Assembly (NCBI GenBank): GCA_004764695.1
Contig: SMSO01000025.1
Span: 2,914,001 to 2,978,000 of the forward strand
DNA length: 64,000 nucleotides
Origin: Schizochytrium sp. TIO01
Taxonomy: Eukaryota; Protista; Bigyra: Labyrinthulomycetes
Direction of reading: 5' to 3'
In this document: in pieces, positions 1 to 10,978 of the stretch
How positions within the stretch are numbered: the first letter of the stretch is position 1
Layout: each line of letters starts with the position of its first letter
Made by a program: the position numbers and the translations under genes
The notes under the pieces: model-generated
Told to the model about the DNA's origin: nothing
The model's database searches: none
Seen by the model: the letters and a program-made list of their open reading frames with translations, nothing else

Positions 1-410
1 TGACTAAGCAGTAACCCAAATTAAATAGAATAAATAATTAAATAAAACTAACAATCTAACTAACATCTAGCTCGCGCACGCAGCCAACTAACTAACGTAC
101 CGACTAACTAACTAATCGATTCGAAGAACTAACGAACTTGATTCAAGCTGGCCGAAGTAACAGCAAAGATCGAGCTTTCGCCGGCTCGAGGCCTCCCAAG
201 CTGCGATTGGGCTCGATCGACTCGCAGTTCTTCTGCGCAAGCCTCCTTTGCGTCATTCTTCTTCTCCTCCTGAAGCGGCTTTTTAGGCGCCTGCTCGTTC
301 TTGGTAGCCTCAACAGCCAAAGCAGAGAGACGTCTCAGGGACCACAGCAGTGCGTCCCCACCTCCCTGCTTGCTGGCCTTGTTCGCACACTTTCATTTTT
401 TTGATATAGG

Positions 411-411
411 A

Positions 412-450
<39 letters not shown>
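411..450. repeat. (ATAA)10 microsatellite
   Basis: Read directly from sequence. Confidence 0.95.
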
Positions 451-711
451 AATCAGTTTTCGCAAAGGGTGTTTTTAATTTCTTGGGAAAGGTGAGAGAA
501 AGAAAAAAAGAAATTAAAAAGTAGGAATGCATGCCAAAAAGGGGGATCTTCGTGCTGATTGGTTTCGTGGAAGTGGTCAGATGAACTAGTCAAGTTTGGG
601 GGATCAAGCGCGGCTCGAGACGAGCTGGCGCACGCTCATGCGTGCTTTCCTCCCTCTCTCTTCCTACGGGTTTGCTGGGGAATATGGTTCGCTTGGCGTG
701 CGCAGGCGCAG

Positions 712-736
712 CGGCTCGGCTCGGCTCGGCTCGGCT
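712..736. repeat. (CGGCT)5 microsatellite
   Basis: Read directly from sequence. Confidence 0.9.
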
Positions 737-2134
737 TGGTTCGTGCGATAAGAGGCTTTTACAATCACTTTTGATCGCAACTCTTCTTATAAAAAGAATA
801 TGTTTTTCATTTTTCATTTTTTTTTTTAAATAAAGATGCTTATGAGGTTCTTCTCAAGTTTTAGAAAAAGCAAAAGCAAAGAATCCATGAACATTGTCAT
901 TGCCGCCTGGTGAGGCAGCCACAGGGGCGAGGCAAGCCTTAAGTTATCCTTCTTACACACAAACAAAGGATTGTCTGCCGCCTTCTCGTTGCGGCTACTT
1001 TCCAGCGTGCTTTATACTAGCAATGCCTCAGAAACACAGCGGCTCTAGCCTGCCCCCCCCCCCCCCCCGCCCCTCTTTTTAGTGTGAAAGAATTATACCC
1101 TTCTTTCTAAATCTAAATTAGTTCTTCAGTTAGCTCAATGTTTTTATTCGTCTGTTTTCGTCTCTCATATGGAGTTCACCCCGCGGTCGGCACGTGAACT
1201 AACCTCCATTTACCTTATACACTAAGAGATGCAAGGGAGGCTCCTTGTCAAACAGTCTACGAGCAACCAAAAAGATCAGAGTGATGGTGAAAAGTCGCAC
1301 GCTGCTTGTGCACATAGAAAAGAAGAGGCCGGAGGCGTCTATTATCCTCATTTTTAGGCACCATTAATCGAATTTTTCATTAGACAAGGGTCATCAAGTT
1401 GAATTGCATATTATCATTTTCTTATAAAAGATTAGTGAGAGTGGAGGAAAGAGGGACTATGTTTTTATAAAGAGTTATCTTGATCTTGAGTTGATCTTGA
1501 GTCAAGAAAGCACGTCAGACAAGGATCGGAGGCAATGCGCAAGAAAGACATGCGCATGAGACGCTGGCAGCCAGAGAGCAGGGCAGCTGTGAAGACGGAG
1601 AGACAGTGGTTGCAAAGGAGGAGGAGGACTGCCGTGCCCACAGAGAGGAATTTTGGCAAACTAAAGTCTTTTGCTCTGCTTTAAAATACTTTTCGTTAAG
1701 AAATTAATAAGAAAAGTTTTTAGGTAAAGTATTTCTTTATTTGAGAAGTTTTCATACCTCCTAAGATTGGAAAACATAAACATGGTGACTCTGACCGACT
1801 TACTTCTAATGGATTAAAGAATAAGTCGAGGGGGCTTGTTATTTACTTTTCTTCAAGCTTTCTTCTATGCGCTCGTGCTCCTGAGGAACACAACACGACG
1901 GAGAAAGCATAATTAGTTGATATAGTTAAATTTATTTATTTTTGTTTTCTCAAAAATTGAAAAAGGTTATTAAATAAGTAAGTGTAAATCATACTTGCGC
2001 AGAAAGAAGTGAAAACTAAAATAATTAGCTGTTCTCTTATTAATGTATACAAAATGAAAAATGAAAGGGTTTTATAGAGAAATATATGGAAGGAATAGAA
2101 AAAGGGGAGGCGCGCGACGAGCGATGATTCCGGG

Positions 2135-2150
2135 AAAGCAAACCTGCAAC
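2135..2150 (+). promoter_or_regulatory. Candidate cis-element AAAGCAAACCTGCAAC upstream of Amt (identical copy at 30910-30925)
   Basis: Exact 16-mer ending 116 bp before the Amt ATG; same orientation and similar spacing upstream of GS-B. Confidence 0.4.
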
Positions 2151-2265
2151 TCGCTTCGAAGCCTTCGGAGCAAATCCAAAACTCAGGGCGCTCAGCCTGG
2201 ATAGGTAATAATAATAATAATATATCAAGACGAGCGAGGCAGTAACAAGCACATAAACCAGCAAG

Positions 2266-3645
2266 ATGTCTGTCAGCAACGAGACAGTCGCTGCTCTCTT
2301 GGAGACGGCCAATGCGTTCTCCGCATTCCAGTCTACATCAGATAACATCTGGATGCTTGTGACCGGTTTCCTCGTGTTCTGGATGCATGCCGGATTTGCC
2401 ATGCTCGAGTGCGGTTCCGTCCAGCACAAGAACAGCGTGAACATTTGCTTCAAGAACCTTGGCACTGTCTGCATCAGTGCTGTCATGTACTATCTTATTG
2501 GTTACGCCTTCGCCTACGGTGGTGACGGCACCTACTTTGACGATGATGGCAACTACGTCTCCCAGGAAGGTTTCCAGGCCTTCATCGGCTCTGGCACCTA
2601 CGCTCTTAAGGGCGCTGAGACCTCCAGCATGGCCTTCTTCTTCTTCCAGTTTGCCTTCTGCGCCACCGGTGCCACCATCGTGTCTGGAGCCGTCGCTGGC
2701 CGCATCAACCTCATCGCTTACTTCCTCATCGCCGTGTACATGACCGGCTTCGTGTACCCGATTATCTCCCATTGGATCTGGTCCTCCAACGGCTGGATCT
2801 CTGGCTTCAAGTACGCTGACAAGTTCTTGAACGCCTGCGGTATGATTGACTTTGCCGGCTCTGGTGTCGTGCACATGACCGGTGGTATGTCTGCTCTCGT
2901 CTTTGCCAAGGTCCTCGGACCCCGCATTGGCCGCTTCGATGCCGATGGCGTGCCCCAGGTGATCCCCCCCCACAACATCGCTCTTCAGACCCTCGGTGTC
3001 TTCATCCTTTGGTTCGGATGGTACGGTTTCAACTGTGGCTCCACCCTTGTTTGGGACGGAGACGCAGCTGGCCACGTCGCTGTCACCACCACTCTCGCTC
3101 CTGCCTGCGCCGTTATCACCACCATGATCTTCCAGCGTATCCGCACCGGTGTCTTCGACATTGAGGCTGCCCTCAACGGAGCTCTCGCTGGCCTTGTCGG
3201 CATCACTGCCCCCTGCCGTGTGGCCCCCGCATGGGGTGCCGTTCTCATTGGCATCATCGCTGGTTTTGTGTACCTTGGCGCCTCCAAGCTCGTCGTGAGC
3301 GTCCTCAAGATTGATGACCCCGTCGATGCCATCGCTGTGCACGGATTCTGCGGTATCTGGGGTGTCCTCGCTGCCGCCATCTTCGCTGACAAGGAGACCG
3401 CATTCTCCTCATACTGCCCTGAGGACGTTCCCTTCAACCGTGGCGTCCAGTTCGGTACTCAGGTCGTCGGTGTGCTTGCCATTGCTGGATGGTGCTTCCT
3501 CACCTGCCTTCCCCTCGCCATCCTCCTCAAGGTTGTTGGTATCCTCCGCGTGTCCGAGGCCGCTGAGGAGGCAGGTCTCGATGCCTCTGAGCACGGCGCT
3601 GTCGCCTATGTTGGTGACAAGAACGCCAAGCTTGCCCCTGCGTAA
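2266..3645 (+). CDS. AMT: Ammonium transporter, Amt/Mep family (AMT1-like), 459 aa
   Basis: Motifs MHAGFAMLECG, FQFAFCAT..IVSGAVA, DFAGSGVVHMTGG, LWFGWYGFN, DDPVDAIAVHG (both pore histidines) and C-terminal EEAGLDASEHG; many hydrophobic segments; strong C/T-ending codon bias. Confidence 0.97.
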   Translation: MSVSNETVAALLETANAFSAFQSTSDNIWMLVTGFLVFWMHAGFAMLECGSVQHKNSVNICFKNLGTVCISAVMYYLIGYAFAYGGDGTYFDDDGNYVSQEGFQAFIGSGTYALKGAETSSMAFFFFQFAFCATGATIVSGAVAGRINLIAYFLIAVYMTGFVYPIISHWIWSSNGWISGFKYADKFLNACGMIDFAGSGVVHMTGGMSALVFAKVLGPRIGRFDADGVPQVIPPHNIALQTLGVFILWFGWYGFNCGSTLVWDGDAAGHVAVTTTLAPACAVITTMIFQRIRTGVFDIEAALNGALAGLVGITAPCRVAPAWGAVLIGIIAGFVYLGASKLVVSVLKIDDPVDAIAVHGFCGIWGVLAAAIFADKETAFSSYCPEDVPFNRGVQFGTQVVGVLAIAGWCFLTCLPLAILLKVVGILRVSEAAEEAGLDASEHGAVAYVGDKNAKLAPA

Positions 3646-4490
3646 GCAACTCTGTTTGCAGCATCTTTACGATTTCATTCGTTTCTCCTGCTTAAAGGCC
3701 TGTTTTCTTCTTCTTTGAAGCGTTGAGATATTCGTAAATCTTCAACTCGTGTGTCCAATTCGTTCTTTTTTTCAAAAATACATATATACTTTTTTCATTT
3801 ACTCTCCTCCATCTCTCACCTATGCCTACCCCTTGGCAATTCGAAATACATTAGCTTGTCTTTGTTGCCATGTTGCCACCCTGAATGAAATATTATTGTC
3901 AAATACTTGAAACAATGCTTCCTTGTAATTTATCCTAGAGATGCTATACTTTGAGAAGGAAGGCGTGGCATTCCGCGCTCAAGCAAGAGTTGCACTAGAC
4001 TCTTGAGGAAAACGCAAAGCCTCTGTGGTTGCTTTTACATTGAATGTGGGTGCCACGGAACCTGTCTTTGCTGCAGCTTCACTTCAAGCAAACACTACTT
4101 GCTTAAGGAAAAGTGGAGTAACCTGATTTCAAGTCAAAAACACTTTTTTTTGACAAGGTTTCAATGAAAACATGCTTCTACCAAAAGGAACTGGTTACAA
4201 AGAAATGCTTTGGGGGTCGTGTGCGTATTTTAAACTGGGCACACGCTAACAAATTATATACTTCATCTATACGAGATGAATTTTGCTTTTGTCCTCTTCG
4301 ATATGAAGTTGTAACACAAACAGAAGGTACCTGGGAAAAGACAAACGTTAGCACGCAATAATTCCACGGCCCTACAACACAGTCACAAAAGCTTTTTTTC
4401 TCCTGTACTAGTAACTTGATTGCTGCCCTGAAATGAGAATATCTACGCTACTTTGCTAAGGAAACTCGAGATCTGCTAACGGAGTGATGC

Positions 4491-4966
4491 GATAAAGCAA
4501 GTGGTGAAGCGATAAAGCAAGTGGTGAAGCGATAAAGCAAGTAATGAAGCAAGTAATGAAGCAAGTAATGAAGCAAGTAATGAAGCAAGTAATGAAGCAA
4601 GTAATGAAGCAAGTAATGAAGCAAGTAATGAAGCAAGTAATGAAGCAAGTAATGAAGCAAGTAATGAAGCGATGAAGCAAGTAATGAAGCAAGTAATGAA
4701 GCAAGTAATGAAGCAAGTAATGAAGCAAGTAATGAAGCAAGTAATGAAGCAAGTAATGAAGCAAGTAATGAAGCAAGTAATGAAGCAAGTAATGAAGCAA
4801 GTAATGAAGCAAGTAATGAAGCAAGTAATGAAGCAAGTAATGAAGCAAGTAATGAAGCAAGTAATGAAGCAAGTAATGAAGCAAGTAATGAAGCAAGTAA
4901 TGAAGCAAGTAATGAAGCAAGTAATGAAGCAAGTAATGAAGCAAGTAATGAAGCGATGAAGCAAGT
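4491..4966. repeat. Minisatellite: two 20-bp units GATAAAGCAAGTGGTGAAGC, then (AAGCAAGTAATG)11, AAGCGATG, (AAGCAAGTAATG)23, AAGCGATG
   Basis: Counted from sequence: 12-mer blocks at 4535-4666 and 4675-4950. Confidence 0.95.
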
Positions 4967-7900
4967 CGAGATGCTGGAAACTGACCAAACACAAACCAAA
5001 CGGAAGTAAGATATTCTTTGGAATGACTTATTTGAATATGATACAATTCCATTAGTTAAAGAAGCTCAAGATTTAAAGCACAGTTTACAAGACACTTGTA
5101 AATTAGAAAAGTTCGTATATGTCGTGAATCAGATTTATTATGTTTTTAGTAGATTGGATACCAGCAAACTCTTTTGCATTAATACCAATGATGGGCGACT
5201 TCAAATGATTAGATACTGGACAGGTTATCGAATATGTATAAATGTCCTTGGATTTGCTAAGATTTGCTATTGAAATATCAAGCAGGTACAACACTGCTAC
5301 GTGACCCTTTGTGAGACCTATTGCTGATTGGAAACAACGAAAAATGGAAGAACATTTCATAAGATGGTTCTCAGACTTCTAAGGCATAAATGTCACTTGT
5401 TCTTTAAACGCTTTGCTGATTGCAATTAACAAAAACCTGATTAATTATCTGCTAAGAACTTAAGCTTGAACTACATGAAACATTCAGGACTAAATCAAAG
5501 GCTGTTTTATAGACAGACTGAGAACTATATTGATTGTAACGACTGTAATTCTTTTAAAAGGTCAACAGATTACGGACCCAAATGTTTAATAACTTTAGCC
5601 TTCACTAGTGACTGATCCTGTTGGACCACTACGTCTAGACTAAGTTCTTAATCGTCAATATTTTGGCAAGTACGAACTCAGAGGGTTCGCTCTATAAAAT
5701 TATAATGGTGTTCTATTTACATGTTTTCACTATAATCTCAATATCACAAATTATGCATTGTGCGACTTTAGGAGTAGAAAAAGATTTTCTTCAAGACATA
5801 TAATTTGAGTACTGCTTGCTGAAATTTCGAATCGTAGGAGCATGAGGACGGACAAGCTATTAGAAGAGCCCTTGGCAAATCATTATAAATCGTAAACTAT
5901 CAGAACTTGTATATGATAGGAATGCGACTTTCAGATACGAGGTTGTGAGAACAAGGAAACTCAAGAATGAACTGTACTAAAGAATCAGAGTATTGTATAA
6001 TAAAAACCTAGATTAGTGGTTGAGACAACGGGTTAATACAACCTGTTGAGCTCTGCGCTATAACACATTAAATTGTGTCTTCGTCTCTTAATTAGAATAG
6101 GAACCAACATACCTTGGTGGTTATCCCAAACGTTAGCAAGTCGCTAACTCTATTCGCCAAAGTATCTGTTGCCTCCGTGAGTCCTATCATGCTCCCCAAG
6201 CTCCTTGGCTTCATATCTTCCAGATCAACCTCTGACTGCTCAACAATTAGCTTTCAGAACTGCATTAGGAGCTTACACGCTTAAACATGGATCTTGCTGA
6301 ATCGCAGCTCGAGATGAGTTCACACTCCTTATTATTGCTGGATTTAATATCAGTTTTTCGCCAATACGTGTGGCGTTCTTGGAAGATCAAAATTAGGGAG
6401 TTTTAAACTACATGTGACCCTCTTAATTTTGTTGAATAACGTCTTATCCTCATAATCACGCGTCAAAATGATACCATTGGTGACCATATTCAATATAGTT
6501 ATAAACAACGTATCTTCGCATTCCGACATCCACGTTTAAATGATAGTGCATCGCTAATGTTGTTCTTCTTTAGTGAAAGTCCTGAAGCTAAAATCAAACT
6601 AGAATAGTGGAAAACACCTCACAGAATGTCGTAATAAAGCACCAGCATAAAGCTAATACTTGGAACCCGGTGAATGATTACGCATATGTGTATCTCATGT
6701 ATGCCAAGCTGACACGAAATGAGAATGAAATATTCTTTGGCCAGCTATCTCTAAAGAAAAATCTCAGCATTCAGCTTGTTTGATTGTGTGGCGCATATTA
6801 TTTTTGGGATTGTTACTGCAACTTTACACAGATCACCGGTTTGTTTCGGTTTGAAATTAGCTTGCTAATCGTCCTCATTTCTGATAGCTAGAATGTGTTT
6901 CTGCATCCTTGTTGAATGGTGCATACTGAATTGTAAGTGATTGAATACCAACATTCTTGAAAAACTTGAAAGGACTGTAAGCTATTTGGAGTTTAGAATT
7001 AGGGGTCTACTGAGCTTGGAGGCGAATATTGCATGGTGAGTTGAAACAAATTACACTGAATTGTCTTAGGTAAACTTTATTTGTACTGAGAGGAGCGGTA
7101 AGATTGATTTGTTTCCTCATTCACTAGTCTAGACTTATTTGAATAGATTTTCTTGACACATCACGCACTCTCAGATTTAGAATTCCTCAGCTCTACGTGT
7201 CTGATTGCCTAGTTCCTATCTTGCGCAATTTCTGATACACGAGGAATTTCAACACTTGCCAAGGAGACCAGTGATGTATAGTCCACATGGCCTTTCACTA
7301 GATTGTCTCGGCACTTGTGCCAGCTTAAATATATTCATGGCGACAATTCAAATTGAAAATTGCATTCAAAGAGCACTACACAGGCAATGCACGTTTTGAG
7401 GGTTTTGGCAACGCATCGCAAGCCTGAAAATATCAATGTAGAATTATAAGAATATCTTTGCAGCGCGATTGTGGGCTGACTGCCACCCCCAACAGCAGGA
7501 AGATAGTAGTGTCATATACATTTAATGCGGCGAGTGAGACCATCATGTTAAAGCAATACTTAAAGACTTGTACAAAATTCAATAAATGTTATAAGTAAAT
7601 GTATTAAAGGCCTTTATCCAGATCAAGTCGAGCAATGCTTCGTGCCGCCATCTCGTTGCTCCTCCTGAAAGTTGCAGTCTAGCTAGCACGAGAATGAGTG
7701 GCAAGATTAAAACATTCCGCTCTAAAAAAAGTTGACCTTTGTAAATTAGGTACTGCTGAGATCTCGAATCAAAGAGACTAGAGGGCAAGACCTTGCCTTT
7801 CATTTAAGAACCCAAGTTGTAGAGTTTTCATATAAATTGAAAAACTAGACAACCATACTTGCGTGGCAAGAAGTTATGGACTAAATTTGTACTTACACTT

Positions 7901-9826
7901 TGAATATGACGAATTCTAGAATCAATGATTGAAGAGACGAGTCAATCTAACCTCGTCAGCTTTTTTTTTTTTCTAAACAGGTCGAGTATGCCTTAGTCTC
8001 TTGCCGGCATCTTCACAGTCACATTCTATAGGGTCTATCGCCTATAATTGGAACCTTTGGTTTTTTGGCTTCTCAGCCTCATATATGGTTGTTCAATTAT
8101 TACCAAGCATGATTTAGTCTTTTAGGACAGACTTGGCTCTTCAATTGTTTGTCGCAGCAGATTTTTTTTAGCACTTTTCAAAAACTTGTCCACGCATCCA
8201 TTGCTCTCATATTTATACCTAGCTAAATAAGGTTCGGCATCAATCAATTGAACAACTGAAGAGCTGGTCCGAACCACAGCAGCAGCATTGGATAGAATGT
8301 CGAATCAACAAATATTGCCATCAGCAACTATCATAATTGCCCATATAAAATATTTGCTAGGTTTCTTTGTACGATCCCTACTTCAACGCTTCTAGGCTTA
8401 GGAACCAAGCTAGATTTGGTAAAGCCCACACTTATGTGAACAAGTGGAAAACAGGCAATCGCATATAGAATATATTAGAAGAGATGAAGGCAAGAATCTT
8501 GATAAGTACCAGTGCGAGGGCTTGGAGAAAGCATAGAGTGGAAAGCAATAAATAAACTATCTGTTGACTACGGTAATCAAATATTTCTGAATATAAATGC
8601 AAGAGCTCTGGTGGTAATGACTTTCGAAAATCAAAACTATCTTCGTCTATCTGCATCTTGCTGATTGTTGGTGCAAAAGAATGAACCATCGTTTTCTAGA
8701 TTTTACTGCCATCATTTAAATTGAAAATGCATATTTATTTTGGAGGTCGTATGCTCTAGTTGTAAGTGGAGATGATTTGCTTTATACTGTGTCCCATTTC
8801 ATCAAAGACCAAAGTCTTATATCAATTCTGGAAGAGCGTATTCCCCAAAGCTCTGAGAAGGTATTGCTATCCCTGAGTGAAGTAGTGGAAGGAGTGGAGA
8901 ATTAGACAATGACGGCATGATTGAGAAGTTCGATATTGTCTATGCATATATATGTACCTAGTCAAGTTGGTGAAAATCTTTGAAAAGGAGCGAACGAACC
9001 TCAAATTTTAGAAAACAGAACGTTGTTTGCTTCAACTACGTACAAATAAAGTACAAATTCTTAAGTTCGCCAACCCTGGAATTCTAAAGTTGAATCGAAT
9101 CATATCTCTATTTTTTAAACAACCAAGCTTTATTATGCCAATCAGGTGTTACACTGGTGCTAATCTAACTCCTTGTTTATACAAATTGATTCGATTACAT
9201 GTTTCTTCTTTTTAATCATCAGCTACACGCACAAATAAAGGTGCTTTATTGACAACAAATGATCAGTCTTCATTTTGTAGTAATGTGTATTTCAAAAAGA
9301 TAGTTGAGTTTTGCTTCTTACACCTAAATAACTCGAAATCCCATCCCTGTAATTATCATATATCCGTACACTCTATATAAGAATACCATAATCATATTAT
9401 TGTTATGAATAGACCTCCTTAATGGTTCGAGCCATGTTGGGTTACAAAATGATCTCATGTACGGATAAGGATAAGTCTACGATTCAAATGCCAAACGTTC
9501 AAGGGCCTGATAAGTTTAAAATTTGAATTCTGTGGGAACACGTCTTACAAAATTTCAACATCAATTTCAACTGGATTGATCTCCCTTTGAGGTGGAAAAT
9601 GATATTTATCGCATAAGCAGATAAAATTTTGCAGGTGGGAATTGCACAAACAGGAGATACCAACAAACGAGGATTTGCATAAAAAAGAACACACACATAT
9701 GATAATGTTATTGCAAAAAAGAATGAATAGAAGACGAGGGGTAAATAAGGCCCATGTACACAACGAGATATAAGCTTTGCAGTGCTCCTTCTGGCAATGC
9801 ACATGCTGTAAGCTATGTTGGCAGAT

Positions 9827-10978
9827 CTACTTTTTGCGGCCGCTGAGCGCGCGACCAAGTCGAGCAATAGACGCACGAGGTCCCTTACTCATGCGAATAC
9901 CAAGAAAGGAGGATGTTCTCTGAGGTACGTCAAGAACTGCAGTGTGAAAGAGCTTGGCTGTAACAAGGTATGGATCCATGTTTGATGCCGGACGACGATC
10001 TTCCATGTATCCGCGACCAGCGCTGTTAGTTTCATTGCCGATGCGAATTGAGGAACCACGGTCAGCAATTCCCCATGAAAATTTTTCAATCGATGCTGTT
10101 TCGTGCGCACCTGTCAGGCGAAGCTCGTTGCCCACACCATAGACAGCAATGTGCTCAGCATGTTTCACTGAAAGACGCTCAATAGCAGGGATGATCACCT
10201 TGCTGAGGGCATTCTTCTGTTCACGCATCTTCTTGGTGGAAAAGTTAGTGTGGCAGCCAGCACCATTCCAGTCACCAGGAATGGGCTTCGGGTCAAGGCT
10301 AGCGATGACACCATACTTTTCACAGATACGGTTCAGAATGTAACGAGCCATCCAGAGCTGATCTGCGCCATCGATGCCGACACACGGACCAACTTGGAAC
10401 TCCCACTGGCCAGGCATGACCTCAGCATTAATGCCAGAAACATTGATGCCGGCATGCAGGCATTTTGCAAGATGCTCTTCCACAATTTTACGACCAAAAG
10501 CAACATCGGCACCATCACCACAGTAGTAAGGGCCTTGAGGTCCTGGGTAGCCAAGTTGGACAGTGGGCTTGGCACCCTGGTAGGGGCGAGCCTTAGATTT
10601 AGGCCAGCCAAGAGGGGTTCCATCCTTGAACATGGTGTACTCTTGCTCAATGCCGAACCAGGGAATCTCCTTCTTGCCAGACTCCATGATAAGGTTAGCA
10701 GCGAAGCGAGTGTTGGTCTGAATGGGATCACCCTTGTTATCGTAGGTATCAGTCAAGACGAGCACGTTGTTACCGCCACGAAATGGGTCAAGGTACAGGG
10801 CCCGAGGGATGATGGTGACTTCGGAATCGACACCAGGAGCCTGACCAGTAGACGATCCATCGTAATTCCACTTTGGGAGGTCCTTGAGCTTGACGCTGTT
10901 CTTGTCAGGCATAACCTTGGTTTTGCTACGAAGGCAACCATAGGCATCAATCCAGACGTACTCTGCCAAGACTACCAT
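9827..10978 (-). CDS. GLN1: Glutamine synthetase type II, paralogue A, 383 aa, with 32-aa basic C-terminal extension
   Basis: [81 protein letters not shown]. Confidence 0.97.
   Translation of the reverse strand: MVVLAEYVWIDAYGCLRSKTKVMPDKNSVKLKDLPKWNYDGSSTGQAPGVDSEVTIIPRALYLDPFRGGNNVLVLTDTYDNKGDPIQTNTRFAANLIMESGKKEIPWFGIEQEYTMFKDGTPLGWPKSKARPYQGAKPTVQLGYPGPQGPYYCGDGADVAFGRKIVEEHLAKCLHAGINVSGINAEVMPGQWEFQVGPCVGIDGADQLWMARYILNRICEKYGVIASLDPKPIPGDWNGAGCHTNFSTKKMREQKNALSKVIIPAIERLSVKHAEHIAVYGVGNELRLTGAHETASIEKFSWGIADRGSSIRIGNETNSAGRGYMEDRRPASNMDPYLVTAKLFHTAVLDVPQRTSSFLGIRMSKGPRASIARLGRALSGRKK

Noticed and set aside
3214-3234. Amt segment CRVAPAW, with Arg where small residues are usual
   Set aside because: Loop position with length preserved; could be tolerated variation or a base-call issue, and pore residues are intact
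2338-3342. 334-aa antisense ORF over Amt
   Set aside because: Shadow of strong codon bias (few TTA/CTA/TCA codons); no protein motifs
4448-5052. LLAS/LLHY/CFIT/MKQV repeat ORFs, and possible CRISPR array
   Set aside because: Translations of a 12-bp minisatellite; there are no unique spacers and no cas genes
9421-9440. GGTTCGAGCC tRNA-like T-loop
   Set aside because: Stem register is wrong for a T-arm and there is no cloverleaf around it
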